Notes: generated from the letters alone by a model not told the origin. Counted from the first letter of the stretch, positions 26,861-42,545 are shown. The stretch is DNA of 64,000 bases from Eledone cirrhosa (GCA_964016885.1 OZ024740.1:266042001-266106000); one strand, 5' to 3'. Program-made: numbers and translations.

Positions 26861-28310
26861 CAAGCACTCGACAATGAGGGAAAGGATAAGAAAGGAATGT
26901 TACCGCAGAGTAAGAGCAATCTTAAGAACGGAATTGAATGCAAGGAATAGGATCGATGCCATAAAGACGCTTGCCATACCGGTAGTAACCTACAGTTACA
27001 ATGTCATCAACTGGTCAAGCACAGGGATCCGTAGGCTCGATACAAAAATTAGAAAATGCTTAACCATGCACAGAATGCATCACCCTAAGGCAGATACAGA
27101 TAGAATATATCTCCCTAGGAAAGAAGGGGGACGTGGGTTAATCCAGTTAGATATTGCGTTGAAAACTGCAACAATTTGATTATCTACATATCTAAGGGAA
27201 TCACATGAATGGATGATCAAACTCGTTTTGAAACACGAAAGCATCAAAGGATCATACTCCATTACAAAAGATGCACAAAGATACAGTAATGGACTACACA
27301 TTTCAGAAGTCCCATTTACTGCTGAAATGGAAAACACAGAAAAAGCAAAGCAGGTAAAAGTAACTGCAAAGAAAGAACTGCTACAGAAACTGGCTAAGAA
27401 ATGCCAAGAAAAGCCTCTGTATGGAAAATACCCAGAACGAGCTAACAATCCTGATGTTGACAAAACTTTAACCCATCAGTGGTTGGCATCCTCTGGACTG
27501 AAATCGGAGACTGAAGGACTGATTATATCAGCACAAGATCAGTGTCTGCCAACAAAAAATTACCAAGCCAACATAATAAAAAATGGATGCAGCCCATTAT
27601 GCCGTGTATGCAAAAAACAACCAGAGACCATTGACCATATAATTTCAATGTGCAGTCCTATAGCTCCAACCGAATACCTAAACAGGCATGACAGAGCTGC
27701 ACAATACATACATTGGATAATGTGTAAGCATTTTGACCTGCCCCATCAAAAGAATTGGTGGGAGCATCAACCACCTCCCATACTTGAAAAAGATCACATC
27801 TCAATCTTGTGGAACTTTAGCATCCAAACAGACCGAAAAATAGATGCAAATAGACCTGATATAATATTGAAGGACTTTAAAAAGAGGCTATGCCTGCTAA
27901 TTGATATGTCCGTTCCAATAGACAAGAATGTATCTATAAAAACATTTGAAAAATTGAGCAAGTATAAGGACCTGGAGATAGAAATTGGAAAAATGTGGAA
28001 ATTGAGAACTAAAACAATACGAGTGGTTGTAGGCGCTCTGGGAATGATACCTAAGGGGTCTAATGATTACTTATCGCAAATCCCAGGAAACCCGCGTATA
28101 GGAGAAATACAAAAGTTAGTACTAATGGGAACTGCCCATATACTAAGGAAGATTCTGTCAATATAAGTACATCACAAGTCTAAACACTAAAGATACATGT
28201 GTGAGTATGTATGTTCTTTCTTGAACATGGCGGACCTTGTTGTCTCTTGGGGTCACTGGTTGTGACTTGGTGATAACTCGTATGAACATAAAGCAAGATA
28301 AATGCAACTG
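26861..28310 (+). mobile_element. Second, different R4/Dong-like RLE element, 5'-truncated, between two (TAA)n tracts
   Basis: KEGGRGL, CRVC..ETIDHIISMC, RHD, ANRPD..IDMSVP..FEKLSKYKDL..VVGALG. One stop at ~27177, ORF ends at 28166, (TAA)n runs 28311-28329. Confidence 0.9.
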
Positions 28311-28329
28311 TAATAATAATAATAATAAT

Positions 28330-28577
28330 GCTTTCTTTATTAACCACAAGGGTTTGCACAAAGTAGACATTAAGGACAGTACGGGACATACAAGGCGGTA
28401 CAAATGGGCATTTCTGCGGTGTAAAAAAAAAAACAGAGGATGTAACAAAAAAGAACAATGAAAAATTCCCCAATAGGGGGGAGACTTCCGAGGGCCATCG
28501 TGGGGAAAGCTCATTAAAAAAGCCACGGTGACCCTGACCACCAGGGCAAGTGCCCTCTCCCAGTTTTCCACCTTCAT
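28330..28577 (-). mobile_element. Probable LINE 3'-end fragment in the opposite orientation, ending in the same TAA tract
   Basis: Minus strand ends AATAAAGAAAGC(ATT)n and has a T-rich UTR. Family assignment is uncertain. Confidence 0.4.
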
Positions 28578-29171
28578 ATAATAATAATAAATAGGGAATA
28601 AAGAATCAGTATTGCATCATATACATATTTAATTACATATTACATGTGTTTCACTGCCGATCAGCTCGAGTAACGATCGAATTATGTTCATTCCTGACTC
28701 TGGAAACGGAAGCACCTCAGATACGTGTTCTCACATGTAGACTCACGCCAAAATGTTGCTGAATTATTAAACATCCGATTTGTTATTTTGGGTTGCCACA
28801 GACTTTGTTAGAAGAAATGTGTCACCGTCGATTTTATCATGCTAAATTGTGTTTGGTCAAATCCCTGGGGGTAGGTGACCTAGAATTCAGCACCGTTGTC
28901 TGTCACTCGCTGGTCAGAATGGTAAATTATACTGATCTGGTACAGATGCTGTTAATGTATGACGGACTGTCTATAGGAAGCCTGTGTTGTTTTAGGCTGC
29001 TAAGCCTTGTAAGACAAAGAATATAAGACAATAAATAAAATAAAAGATAAAGTAAAAAAATAAAGAAATAAAGAAAGAAATGTGGATAATTGGATAGATA
29101 GTAAGTAGTACAAAGATAAAGAATAAACCGATAAAAAAAAATTCAATTAAAAAATAAAAGAGTGAAATAAA

Positions 29172-29250
<79 letters not shown>

Positions 29251-29251
<1 letters not shown>

Positions 29252-29563
29252 GACTCTAGTTCCCCAGTGAATTAACAACCCAACAAGGAACTGGGCATAT
29301 CAGAGTATTGACAATATCATACACCTAAACAACATATGTACTTGTCTATACCATACTAATTCAAACTGCCTGAAGAGGTCACAGCCAAAGATGGCTGTCA
29401 CTGAAATATATATAGCAGTAATAAACGAAGCTAAATTTTAATCATTTGACTTTTATTTAACTTTATTTTACACTACTCCGGAGTAACCAAACCAACCTGC
29501 GCACTTCGTCGAGTGCTCCAGCCTGCATACTGAGGAGGTGTTGGTATACAACCAACATAAACT

Positions 29564-29568
<5 letters not shown>
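29251..29568 (+). mobile_element. (TA)n-flanked Penelope-like 3'-end insert
   Basis: Begins TLVPQ*IN, compare the PLE C-terminal motif TLxPxGIN. Hammerhead at 29365 and tail GAGTGCT at 29511. Confidence 0.75.
29365..29419 (+). ncRNA. Type-I hammerhead ribozyme
   Basis: ACTGC-CTGAAGA-GGTCACAGCC-AAAGAT-GGCTGTCACT-GAAA-TATATA-TA-GCAGT. Confidence 0.88.
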
Positions 29569-29655
<87 letters not shown>

Positions 29656-29973
29656 GGCTTAAACCCAACGGCTTGGTCTAACTTGATCTATTTTCTCTTC
29701 GGTTACTCACATACATGTGCCAAAGTCCTATGTTCCCCCGTTTATCGGTATGTTCCCTTCGTTTTTTTTTCTTCTTCCCTTTTTTTTTTCTTTCTCTCTC
29801 TTCGCTATCCCTTCTTTCCCTCATGGCTTTGTGATAGATAAAAGGCCATGGGCGCGCTATGGATCGATGTTCGGTTTATAATGCACCGAAACATCCATGA
29901 TCCGTAGTAAACAGCTGACGTTTTACCTTCTAACACTCGTTATCAGTAACCTCACATCCTCGCTTTCCTCAAC

Positions 29974-30038
<65 letters not shown>

Positions 30039-30578
30039 TAAATTAGCGAGAATCGTATTTCAGCACAGGAATTAACGAAAATCAACATCCGATATGTGTG
30101 GCAAGCGCTCGATGATTCATGTGAATCAGAGCTACAACATACGTTAAGGGCCAAACACACTGAGATGATGGTTAAACATATCATCCGCACAGCCAAAACA
30201 AACGACAAGTAATTCGGGTCAAACAATAAAAATATATGTGATTGATACTTTCCCGGACCCTGGACTGATGGTAAAATCCAGTATTTGGTTTCTGCGACTC
30301 CAAAATCAGGTACTGTCCGCCTCCATAAAGAATGTTTGGCTTCAGGTAAGATGATGAACAAGGAAGTCGTGTTATCAACGAGTTTTGTTCTAGGATGCTA
30401 CAGAAAGTGTGTTTATTACTGACCCCACGTGGAGTTCAGAAAGGGAGGCAACACTTCTATTTTGCGAATGATTCAGTTGTGTATAATATTGCGAGATTGC
30501 AAAATATCACAAATCGAATAAAGCTCTCGACAGAATGGTTAAATATAACAGAGCTATTCAACAGTCAATAGAAGCAAC

Positions 30579-30685
<107 letters not shown>

Positions 30686-31037
30686 TAGCATTTCTTTGTT
30701 TATTTTTTATATATGAATATTGATTGTTCCTTATATCTCATTCTGTTATTTTGCCCGAGAAAATATCTGTGTGTGTCATCAAATGTTGTACACACATAGA
30801 TATTTTTTCAATTTCCAATTGAGTTCTTATCACGTGGCCTGAATTCCTTTCAGAATTCATTGTCATGCGCATGTATTGTTTTTTGGGCGGTAATTTACTT
30901 CCTCAGTTTTTGAATCAGTTCGAGCACTTCTTTCAGAACTGCTGAACTGGCTACCTGACAGATACCTCAGGCACAGAAAGTGATTATCGCTAAAAGCTGA
31001 TGTTGGTTAGATTATCAATATTAGTATTATTGGGGCA

Positions 31038-31164
31038 CCCACTGATGAATTATAGGAGCCCACTTTAATATATATCTATTGATGGTATACAAGCTCCTAC
31101 ATAAATTGGTATAATTTCACCCAAATTGTAGGAGTCCTATAATAAAACGAGACGTCCGTCTGGG
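31038..31164 (+). ncRNA. Decayed hammerhead with a branched stem II
   Basis: CCCA-CTGATGA-ATTATAGGA...TCCTATAAT-AAAA (G12A)-CGAGACG-TC-..TGGG, with an internal CTCCTACA/TGTAGGAG helix. Confidence 0.5.
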
Positions 31165-31339
31165 AAGAGATATATTAGATATATCTCATATGAAATAATA
31201 CAGCCAATTTTCCACGCAATACTTTTAGTTAGCACCCCGAACGCATATTTGGGAATATAATCACTTATTTCCTAATGTTTCTTGAGTGAGTTGGAATTTG
31301 GCCGGAGTATCGCTAAAAAGCTTTCTCCGATATTGTATT

Positions 31340-31403
<64 letters not shown>

Positions 31404-31424
31404 ATGTATATGTATATATATATA

Positions 31425-33700
<2,276 letters not shown>

Positions 33701-33761
33701 ATATATATATATATATATATAAATATATATATACATATATATACATATATATATATATATC

Positions 33762-34487
33762 AAAGACGTAAAATAAGAAAATTTTAAAAATTAAAAATTA
33801 ACTTACTTACTAAAATGTTCACTCCAACTAATTAGTTTCTGTAATGGGATAAAGGATGAATCCTCCTGCATTGAACCACCTAAGTACTATGACATAACTT
33901 ATGTATTTGCTAGCATTAGTGTACACCTGTACGCATATGTTGTTAAATATTCTCTATATTTATCTCCAAATTATTTATTTGTTGAGCAAACTTGCCAGAT
34001 CCACTACTAATTCATTGTAGAGGTAGTAGGCTTTTGTCATTATACCACCCCACTCCTTCTGACTAGCCTCAGTGTCACGTGATTGATTCTTTAGAATCTA
34101 CCATTTGACCAGAGGCAGTGAACTTTTTCAGTGCTATGGAATTCAGTCCTCGCTAGCTGTTCCATCCACCGAATTATTATTATTTTTATATGAGTCCCTA
34201 GTGTCCGCGCATTGCCTGGAGACTTAGCTGAGAATAGACTCCCTGATGACGTAATGAATTCTCGATAGTTACATTGCGTAACTATCTTTATCCCATTACA
34301 GAAACTAATTAGTTGGAGTGAAAATTTTAGTAAGTAAGTTAATTTTTAATTTTTAAAATTTTCTTATTTTACGTCTTTCATATAATTGTTCTGTATCCTC
34401 CTGCATTGAACCACCTAGGTACTATGACATAACTTATGTATTTGCTAGCATTAGTGTACACCTGTACGCATATGTTGGTAAATATAC
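33762..34487 (+). mobile_element. Non-coding ~537-bp unit with terminal redundancy, an inverted 5' piece and a hammerhead (retrozyme/pLTR-like)
   Basis: Direct repeat 33859-33948 / 34396-34485 and inverted repeat 33762-33853 / 34286-34378. Confidence 0.8.
34238..34319 (+). ncRNA. Type-I hammerhead ribozyme
   Basis: ACTCC-CTGATGA-CGTAATG..(GATAGTTAC/GTAACTATC hairpin)..CATTACA-GAAA-CTAATTAG-TT-GGAGT. Confidence 0.85.
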
Positions 34488-34523
34488 TAATTCTCTCTCT
34501 CTATATATATATATATATTTACA

Positions 34524-34713
34524 GTTATTCCGGGTTGAATCGGAGGTAACCACAGTAAGTAAGGTACTCAATACATAGCAGAGTATAAAAGTTTTAATAT
34601 AGATGAGATTCTACAGGACTAGAACTGTTTCATTCTTTAGAAATCATGAGGAATTCCTGATGATTTCTAAAGAATGAAACAGTTCTAGTCCTGTAGAATC
34701 TCATCTATATTAA

Positions 34714-34717
<4 letters not shown>
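34524..34717. mobile_element. Tail plus a 128-bp palindrome (34590-34717) with a partial hammerhead core
   Basis: Centre GAATTC at 34651-34656 is immediately followed by CTGATGA-TTTCTAAAGAAT-GAAA. The tail recurs at 37147-37196. Confidence 0.7.
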
Positions 34718-34749
<32 letters not shown>

Positions 34750-34763
34750 ATATATATAATATA

Positions 34764-34863
<100 letters not shown>

Positions 34864-34980
34864 ATATATATAATATATATATATATATATACCCAAAAAT
34901 ATGGGTTGAGGAAAGCGAGGCTGTGAGGTTACTGATAACGAGTGTTAGAAGGTAAAACGTCAGCTGTTTACTGCGGATCA

Positions 34981-35375
34981 TGGATGGGGGCTTAGTGGTT
35001 AGAGCATTGGGCTTGCAATCGAAAGGTTGTGAGTTCAATTCTTGGACCGGGTGATGTGTTGTTTCCTTGAGCAAGACACTTTATTTCACGTTGCTCCAGT
35101 TTACTCAGCTGAAAATGAGTACCAGCAATAGCTGGAGGTCTAACCCTGCGATGGACTGGCGTCCTGTCCATGAGGGAGTCTTGTGCTCTCAGTCGCTTCA
35201 CTCCATGAAACCGGGATAAGCACCGGCCAAATGAGCCTTCTGGCTTAAGACAGACTTACGGTCTTCCCGCCTAGCCACTGGGATGGCGTCATCGTATGGC
35301 TAAAACAGCAACGTGCTGTGACCAGCGGCGCCGAATGGCGCCCGACAGACTGTTCGGTGAAGGTGATCAAGGTGA
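34981..35375 (+). mobile_element. tRNA-derived SINE, near full length
   Basis: GGCTTAGTGGTTAGAGC A-box-like and GAGTTCAATT B-box-like motifs. Central GCGATGGACTGGCGTCCTGTCC..GAAACCGGGATAAG. Confidence 0.8.
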
Positions 35376-35401
35376 TATATATATATATATATATATAATA
35401 A

Positions 35402-35503
<102 letters not shown>

Positions 35504-35854
35504 TGAAAGGGACAAGGTTGTGTCGTTACTAATAGCGAGTGTTAGAAACTAAAGGAAACACAAACATAGAGACTGACATTTCCCCTCATCAGTTGTCTGC
35601 TGCGGGTCTCAGATGTTTCGGTGCATTAAATACAATACATCTATCCACAGTGCGATAATAACTTAGGAAGTTACTAGGGAAAGAAAATGTGAAAAAAAAG
35701 ACGATAGCGAAGATAGAGCAAAGAAAACGGAAGAGAAGAAAGAAGAAATAAAAAGAAAAAAACATACTGTTAGAGAGGGGGAGACACTGGGCAGTGGCAC
35801 ATGTATGCAAAGTAACCAAGGGGAAAGAGGACGAAGTAAAAATAAAAGGCAGCT

Positions 35855-35885
<31 letters not shown>

Positions 35886-35919
35886 ATACAAAGTTAATAA
35901 AAAACTAAAATAAAATAAT

Positions 35920-36125
35920 GGTTTCTTATATAGGCACAAGGCCAGCAATTTTGGGGAAGGGATAGTCGATTAAATCGACACCAGTGCGTGACTGGTACTT
36001 TATTTTATCAACCCCGTAAGGAAGAAAGGCAAAGTTAACCATGGCGGGATTTGAACTCAGAATGGAAAGGGCCCTAACTCTATCCTGCAAAGCATGGCGT
36101 CCGACCCTCTACCGATACTGCCAAA
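35920..36125 (-). mobile_element. SINE of the 23.3-kb family
   Basis: Colinear with 23340-23510. Confidence 0.7.
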
Positions 36126-36276
36126 CAATAATAATAATAAATTTAAATAGATGAATAAATAAGAACTAAAATTAATGAACAAAAAAGTAGATGAGTGAAC
36201 AAATAAACAAGAGCACAAAACACCAAAAAGAGAAATGAAAAATAGAAAAGGAAAATGAGAAAGAAAGAGTAAATAC

Positions 36277-36467
36277 CTAGACAGACCATCTGATGTATTC
36301 CAGTGAACAACTATTAGACTCCCAGGAGGCATGGGTGCATCCACAGCTATTATAAATGATATTTGCCAAAATTGTAGAATAGTCCATAGACACGAGTACC
36401 CATAACGCACTTTCCAAACCGAATCAGCGTGACACAATCTATGATAGACTACACCAATGAACAACAT
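36277..36467 (-). CDS. Candidate first coding exon of a secreted or membrane protein, possibly ephrin-like
   Basis: ATG..YSCLWTILQFWQISFIIAVDAPMPPGSLIVVHWNTSDGLS(R)|GT. A hydrophobic stretch precedes a HWNTS motif and a phase-2 donor. No downstream exon found in the window. Confidence 0.3.
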
Positions 36468-36678
36468 ATAGAATCCATCCGGTGTGCTTCAACAGTTTCC
36501 GACTATCAAATTGCACTGACAAGGATTGGCTCAACTTGGGACTGGGGTAAAGATGCTACGAAGTAAGATCCAACTCGGTTCTTCATGATTGCGAAGCAAA
36601 CTTCTTAACTGCACAGCCATGCTTGCAGGACACTACACACACACGCGCATCCGCGCGCGCGCATATACACACACACAA

Positions 36679-36838
<160 letters not shown>

Positions 36839-36843
36839 CACCT

Positions 36844-37135
36844 AAGAGAACATTAGTCTACGACCTCTTTTATACCATAAACGTGGTTTTGTCTTTGCGC
36901 GTAATTGTTTTTCACCGCTCCTATTAATGACGTATTATTCGTTTTTTCCCGTTCTTTGCCAGCGAACGTTACCACGAACCAAAGAATCGTCTTCCTGTCT
37001 TCCTCCGGTTGCAACGTTTTTTGAAATATCCAGTTCTGCGTTTACAGATTGACTTTGTTAGTTTCAGAAGATCCCGTTAAGGGTGAAAGCAGCGATTCTT
37101 TGCTTAAACTTTAATCTGTTATTTTAATAAATATA
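36844..37135 (+). mobile_element. Single-arm copy of the 13.6-kb family with a variant hammerhead at 37060-37110
   Basis: Colinear with 14232-14525. AGTTT-CAGAAGA-TCCC-GTTAA-GGGT-GAAA-GCA..TGC-TT-AAACT. Confidence 0.8.
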
Positions 37136-37197
37136 TATATATATACGTTATTCCGGGTTGAATCGGAGGTAACCACAGTAAGTAAGGTACTCAATCA

Positions 37198-37255
<58 letters not shown>

Positions 37256-37256
<1 letters not shown>

Positions 37257-37480
37257 TAGTCATCTGGTCCCTCTAGCCTCACGGTAAAGGGACGCTATTC
37301 TTTTCTCTCTCTTGCACGGGTTGATGCTTGATATCAGTCTGTGCGAAGCCTACGCAGGTGGATCCCCATGTCTTCTTCGGCAACCATGAGATTGCAGTTC
37401 TCGCTGGTATATTGTCGCCCATTCGTAGGACAGGTCCTGCTAGCTACATTCTTCTCCTGTTAATAACTCAGGTGTGGCAT
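37256..37480 (-). mobile_element. Decayed LINE (RTE-like) 3' fragment
   Basis: Minus strand RRRM*LAGPVLRM....ARTAISWLP resembles the RTE post-RT motif RRxxWxGHxxR...A..AL.W.P. Confidence 0.5.
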
Positions 37481-38602
37481 TGGCTTTTCGAAGCATATCT
37501 TCGTTTGTGATTTTGTCTAGCCATCAATTGTTAACTCAACAACAACCTATGCTGCTGACACATGGAAGAGTACTGCCAGAACTATATGTGCACACAGACA
37601 CACGTATTATATCTAACTGCTATTCATATTCTATATCACCAGTTTCAAATGATGCAAGTACTTTCTCTTTGAATAGAGCTGGTATAATGGGAAGAAATGC
37701 TCAGTAAAGTTCACCCGCCTACATACATATGAGATTTCATCAAAGGTCATCATTAGTTAATTAGTTATGGACAGACATAACTGACAATAGGTTTGCTTCT
37801 CCGATACACAAGCATGGGCAAAGTGTTTTGTGGGAAACCAGTAGTCACCCATGCATGCCGTTCTCACAACACTGATCTTGCCCAATGTAAATCCACAGCA
37901 CCATTATCATCATTTTCTTTTCTGTTTAATGAACTGGAGCAACGTGAAATAAAGCATCTTGCTCAAGAACACAACGTGCCGGTTAGTCCGAGAATCAAAC
38001 TCACGCCCTTATATTGGTAAGCCCAGTAACCTAACCACAAAGTCCTGTGCAGTACACATCAAATACAGACATAATGCTTCTAAAATCACCTAAAAATAAC
38101 ATTTAAATGTCGAAAAGACATCAAATTTCGAATATTTTCTTCGTCTTTGCTTTTTTGTGAAATCGAATATCACGCCATAGTTGATGAAGTGTTAGTCTAA
38201 CAGTGAAATTAGCCGGAAACCATGAATACTGCTGCTAATGATTTCTACTGCTGCAAGTCGATTCATTTGTGCATTTGTGCATCTAGTTCTTCACTGGGAA
38301 TTTCTTCTATGAAAAGGGTCATCTGGATAGAAAATTTGAATAAAAACAAATTTTAGGCATACGTATTGTTTGACTTTCGTGTCTGCTTAAAAATAAATAC
38401 ATAGGCGCATACATACATGCACATATACATAATACATACATCATGCATACACACATACATGTACACATACATACATATCTACATACATACACACACAAAT
38501 ACATACATACATGAAAACATACATACATATATACATAAATACATACGCCATACATATATACTTACCTATAAACGCATACGTGAATACATACATACATACA
38601 TA

Positions 38603-39680
38603 GTGATGTCGCTCAGCAGTATCACAGTGAATCCATGGATGAAAAACTGCATGCCTATCATGCATGGATATGTTGCCAGGAAGCTCCAGAGCGAGAGTAG
38701 TATAGATAAGGAAAGTACTCTATCTTGGACCAACAACCGCTATATTGGCTCCCACTTTGAAGGATACGCTTTTGCAATCCAGGAACAGGAGTTTAACACG
38801 AAATACCTGATTCACAAAAGAGATAGGGATGCAGGCAAAACACCTAGATGTGATAACAAGTGCAAACTCTGCAGAACTAACATCGAGGATATCACCCATG
38901 TCATCAGCAGCTGTCCAAAGATGTCATCGCGGTACTATCTACCTATGAGGCATGATGTAGTGGCCAAAACACTGTACAATGCTGTTCGTAAAAAAGATAG
39001 CCCCGATAATAAACACATTAAAAGCTACAATAATGTGGAAGACATCCATGTACATAATATGAAAGAGTACTGGTGGAATGTTCCAGTAAAACCCCAATAA
39101 CATGCAGCCATAACAGACCAGCTAATATGGTATGGGACAGGGAGAAGAAAACATGAACAGTAGTGGAAATTAGCTGCCCAGCAGATGCCAATATAATATC
39201 AAAGATTAGTGAAAAGGAGAATATTTATGCAGAACTGATGAGAAATCTGCAGATACTCCACCCTCATTACACCTTCAGATGTATGCCTGTGATTATTGGG
39301 GCACTGGGATATGTAAGTAACTGCCTCAATACAAATCTTGAGAAGCTAGGCTTCACAGGAACAGAAAGAACACAACTAGTTAGGAAATTACAAGTACAAT
39401 CCATTAATGGAACAGTAAAAATATGTAAAACATTCCAAATATTTGCATCTAATAACTGCATATACACATGTACAGATACAAAGCATATACACATGCACAC
39501 ATACAACTCAAAACATACACATCGACACATACAATAACATCCATATCTACACATGCATGCATACATACATATCTAACTAGTTCATGTTGTGTAAATTCCA
39601 ATGAGAGAGTCTTGTGTCTATGTTAGAAACCGACTCTCTCACTATTGGTAAAAAATTGTGAAATTATAAAACCAGAAGAA
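38603..39680 (+). mobile_element. 5'-truncated R4-like RLE LINE inserted in (CATA)n
   Basis: FAIQEQE, CKLC..EDITHVISSC, RHD, EYWWN, HNRP, EISCPAD..EKENIY..PVIIGALG. Frameshift near 39095 and (CATA)n on both sides. Confidence 0.9.
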
Positions 39681-39746
39681 TATACATAAATGCATACATA
39701 CATACATACATACATACATACATAGATACATACCTACATACATACA

Positions 39747-39780
<34 letters not shown>

Positions 39781-40126
39781 CCTAAATAGTTACCTATAAA
39801 TGCATACGTGAACATATACATATAGACAGATATGTGGCACTGGGATAAGCGATATAAAGGCCTACGGATATTTCACGCGATGTAGCTATTGCGGTATACA
39901 AAATGTCCGCCGTGTTGATTTTTATCGAATTATCAATGATTAGTCAGCATCTCAGACTATGCCAATACGTATTCATTGTGAATGATGCTTTTTCTAAAAA
40001 ATTGAGACGTAAATAGAAATGGTGCCCATTGTAAAGAGAGAGAATATATGTTGATACAGATTGTTGTATAGGTCAAACCTGGCGTGCTCCTCAGCTTTCT
40101 TGCTGGGTGGTTAATATATATACTAG

Positions 40127-40190
<64 letters not shown>

Positions 40191-40367
40191 CAATATTATT
40201 AAGGCTAAAAAGATGACACTGTGATAAACAGGCGAAACTCCAGAGTAACAAGACTCACCTTTTCGCCTTAACAGTATTGAAATATTAAAAGTCTGCTTCC
40301 GCATTGAGTAATTATTTCTCACAGCCGTCAATCACATATGGATATATATATACACACACACACACAC

Positions 40368-40400
<33 letters not shown>

Positions 40401-40407
40401 AATATGA

Positions 40408-40440
<33 letters not shown>

Positions 40441-40466
40441 TATAAATATAAAATATTAATTGATAT

Positions 40467-40503
<37 letters not shown>

Positions 40504-41046
40504 TATTTATATATATATTTCATTTTTCACTCTTGCTGACTTGTGTCTCTGTGTGCGTGTTTGTGTGTGTCTCTGTGTGTGTGTGTGTGTGTGCCTGTGT
40601 GTGTTTCCGTGTGTGTGTGAGCGTGCGTGTGTGTGTGTGTGCATGTGTGTGTGTGTGTATGTGTGTGTGTGTTTAAGTGAGTGTGTGTGTGAGCGTGTGA
40701 GTGTGTATAATGCTGTATAGGCATAAAGTCAAGCGTATACACCTTCCTTTTGGTAGGGAAGTAATAAATACGTATGCGTTCGTGTTTGGTTTGCTGGCTG
40801 GTTGGTTTGTTGCGCTTAAAGATCTTTTCCTAGTGAAGAGTAATTGAATGCTATAAGATAAATATATATCGTCGTTTACTTTTTATCATTCTTCTCGTCG
40901 TCATCCCTCCCATGTTCTTTCTCCCACATCGCCTTATCAACATTTCACTCATTCTCGCTCTACCTCTCACTTTCTCGCTTTCTACGAATGTATATATGTA
41001 TTTATGAATGCGTGTATATATAATTTATATGTGTATATGTGTATAT

Positions 41047-41150
41047 AAATACATTCATACATAAAAAAACATGCATGCACACATACATACGTACGTACGT
41101 ACGTACGTATGTATGTGTGCATGTATGTTTTTTATGTATGAATGTATTTA
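41047..41150. repeat. ~100-bp palindrome centred on (ACGT)n
   Basis: TAAATACATTCATACATAAAAAA..CGTACG..TTTTTTATGTATGAATGTATTTA. Confidence 0.8.
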
Positions 41151-41270
41151 TGAATGTATGTTTGTATGTATGTGATAGATTATTGGTATATATATGTAGG
41201 TCTATATGTATGTATGTTTATATTGCTACTCGCCGGAACTGGAACTGCTTATTGGTAGCTTGTGATGCGG

Positions 41271-41358
<88 letters not shown>

Positions 41359-41371
41359 ATATATATGTATG

Positions 41372-41410
<39 letters not shown>

Positions 41411-41424
41411 AAATATATATATGC

Positions 41425-41484
<60 letters not shown>

Positions 41485-41485
<1 letters not shown>

Positions 41486-42503
41486 GTATTAGTTATACTA
41501 TTTATGGTTATGTAAACACAAAACCTTAAGCAGTTGTAAGTATTTTACACACACCCTAAATAGTGGTAGGCAGTAATGTATTACTACCTTATTACCAGTA
41601 AGTTAAGTAGCTCAATGTAAAAACATCAGATGATTTACAGAGCAGTTATATGTAATATATGAATCAAAGAACTGTTCAAAACATTATTGTGCTTACAGCT
41701 GTTTCCTCCAAACCGAGGTTTGGATTCTTCGGAGCAATTTATTAATGCATGGACAGTTATATGACCTCCTTTTCAGCCGAGAGACATACCAATACATATT
41801 CAAACATTGATACATATTCAAACATTGTGGGTCAACATTCATTACAGAATTTAGAGTGGCAGTACACACTTCGAGATTACATTTATATTAATAGGTACAA
41901 TCAAAAAAATCAAAGATATAGGTTAAAGTACAACATGAAGATAAGTGGTTATATAGTGCAAATGTTATATGTGTGGCACGCATGTGCGTCTTGTTTATAT
42001 AGTGTGGCAGAGAGATATGTGTGGTAGAGGCACTTAGGTAGGTAAATAAGAGTGTTAGGTTGGTAGATCTGGTGCCACCAGATCTACCAACCTAACACTC
42101 TTATTTACCTACCTAAGTGCCTCTACCACACATATCTCTCTGCCACACTATATAAACAAGACGCACATGCGTGCCACACATATAACATTTGCACTATATA
42201 ACCACTTATCTTCATGTTGTACTTTAACCTATATCTTTGATTTTTTTGATTGTACCTATTAATATAAATGTAATCTCGAAGTGTGTACTGCCACTCTAAA
42301 TTCTGTAATGAATGTTGACCCACAATGTTTGAATATGTATCAATGTTTGAATATGTATTGGTATGTCTCTCGGCTGAAAAGGAGGTCATATAACTGTCCA
42401 TGCATTAATAAATTGCTCCGAAGAATCCAAACCTCGGTTTGGAGGAAACAGCTGTAAGCACAATAATGTTTTGAACAGTTCTTTGATTCATATATTACAT
42501 ATA
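41485..42503. mobile_element. Tail plus an 857-bp near-perfect palindrome (41647-42503, 1-nt spacer at 42075) in (TA)n
   Basis: Identical 92-aa ORFs on opposite strands (41749 and 42401), and a hammerhead in each arm. Confidence 0.9.
42414..42460 (+). ncRNA. Hammerhead with CCGAAGA core (U4C); mirror copy at 41690-41736 on the minus strand
   Basis: TGCT-CCGAAGA-ATCCAAAC-CTCG-GTTTGGAG-GAAA-CAGCTG-TA-AGCA. Confidence 0.75.
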
Positions 42504-42505
42504 TA

Positions 42506-42545
<40 letters not shown>

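Noticed and set aside
29857-29976. Hairpin family (also at 34896-34985 and ~35590-35655) as a hammerhead
   Set aside because: It has a stem plus GAAAC but no CTGANGA core or clear NUH site. It is a dispersed repeat of unknown type.
34981-35055. tRNA gene
   Set aside because: The A/B boxes continue into a SINE body shared with other copies, and there is no full cloverleaf or terminator.
38561-39822. Target-site duplication around the RLE LINE (TTACCTATAAA.GCATACGTGAA on both sides)
   Set aside because: The copies differ and are separated from the element by long CATA runs, so an older local duplication is equally likely.
41749-42401. Duplicated 92-aa gene pair; similarly the 60-aa ORFs at 55499/56956 and those at 12291/12598
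   Set aside because: The duplication is a by-product of palindromes or tandem repeats, and the peptides have no recognisable domain.
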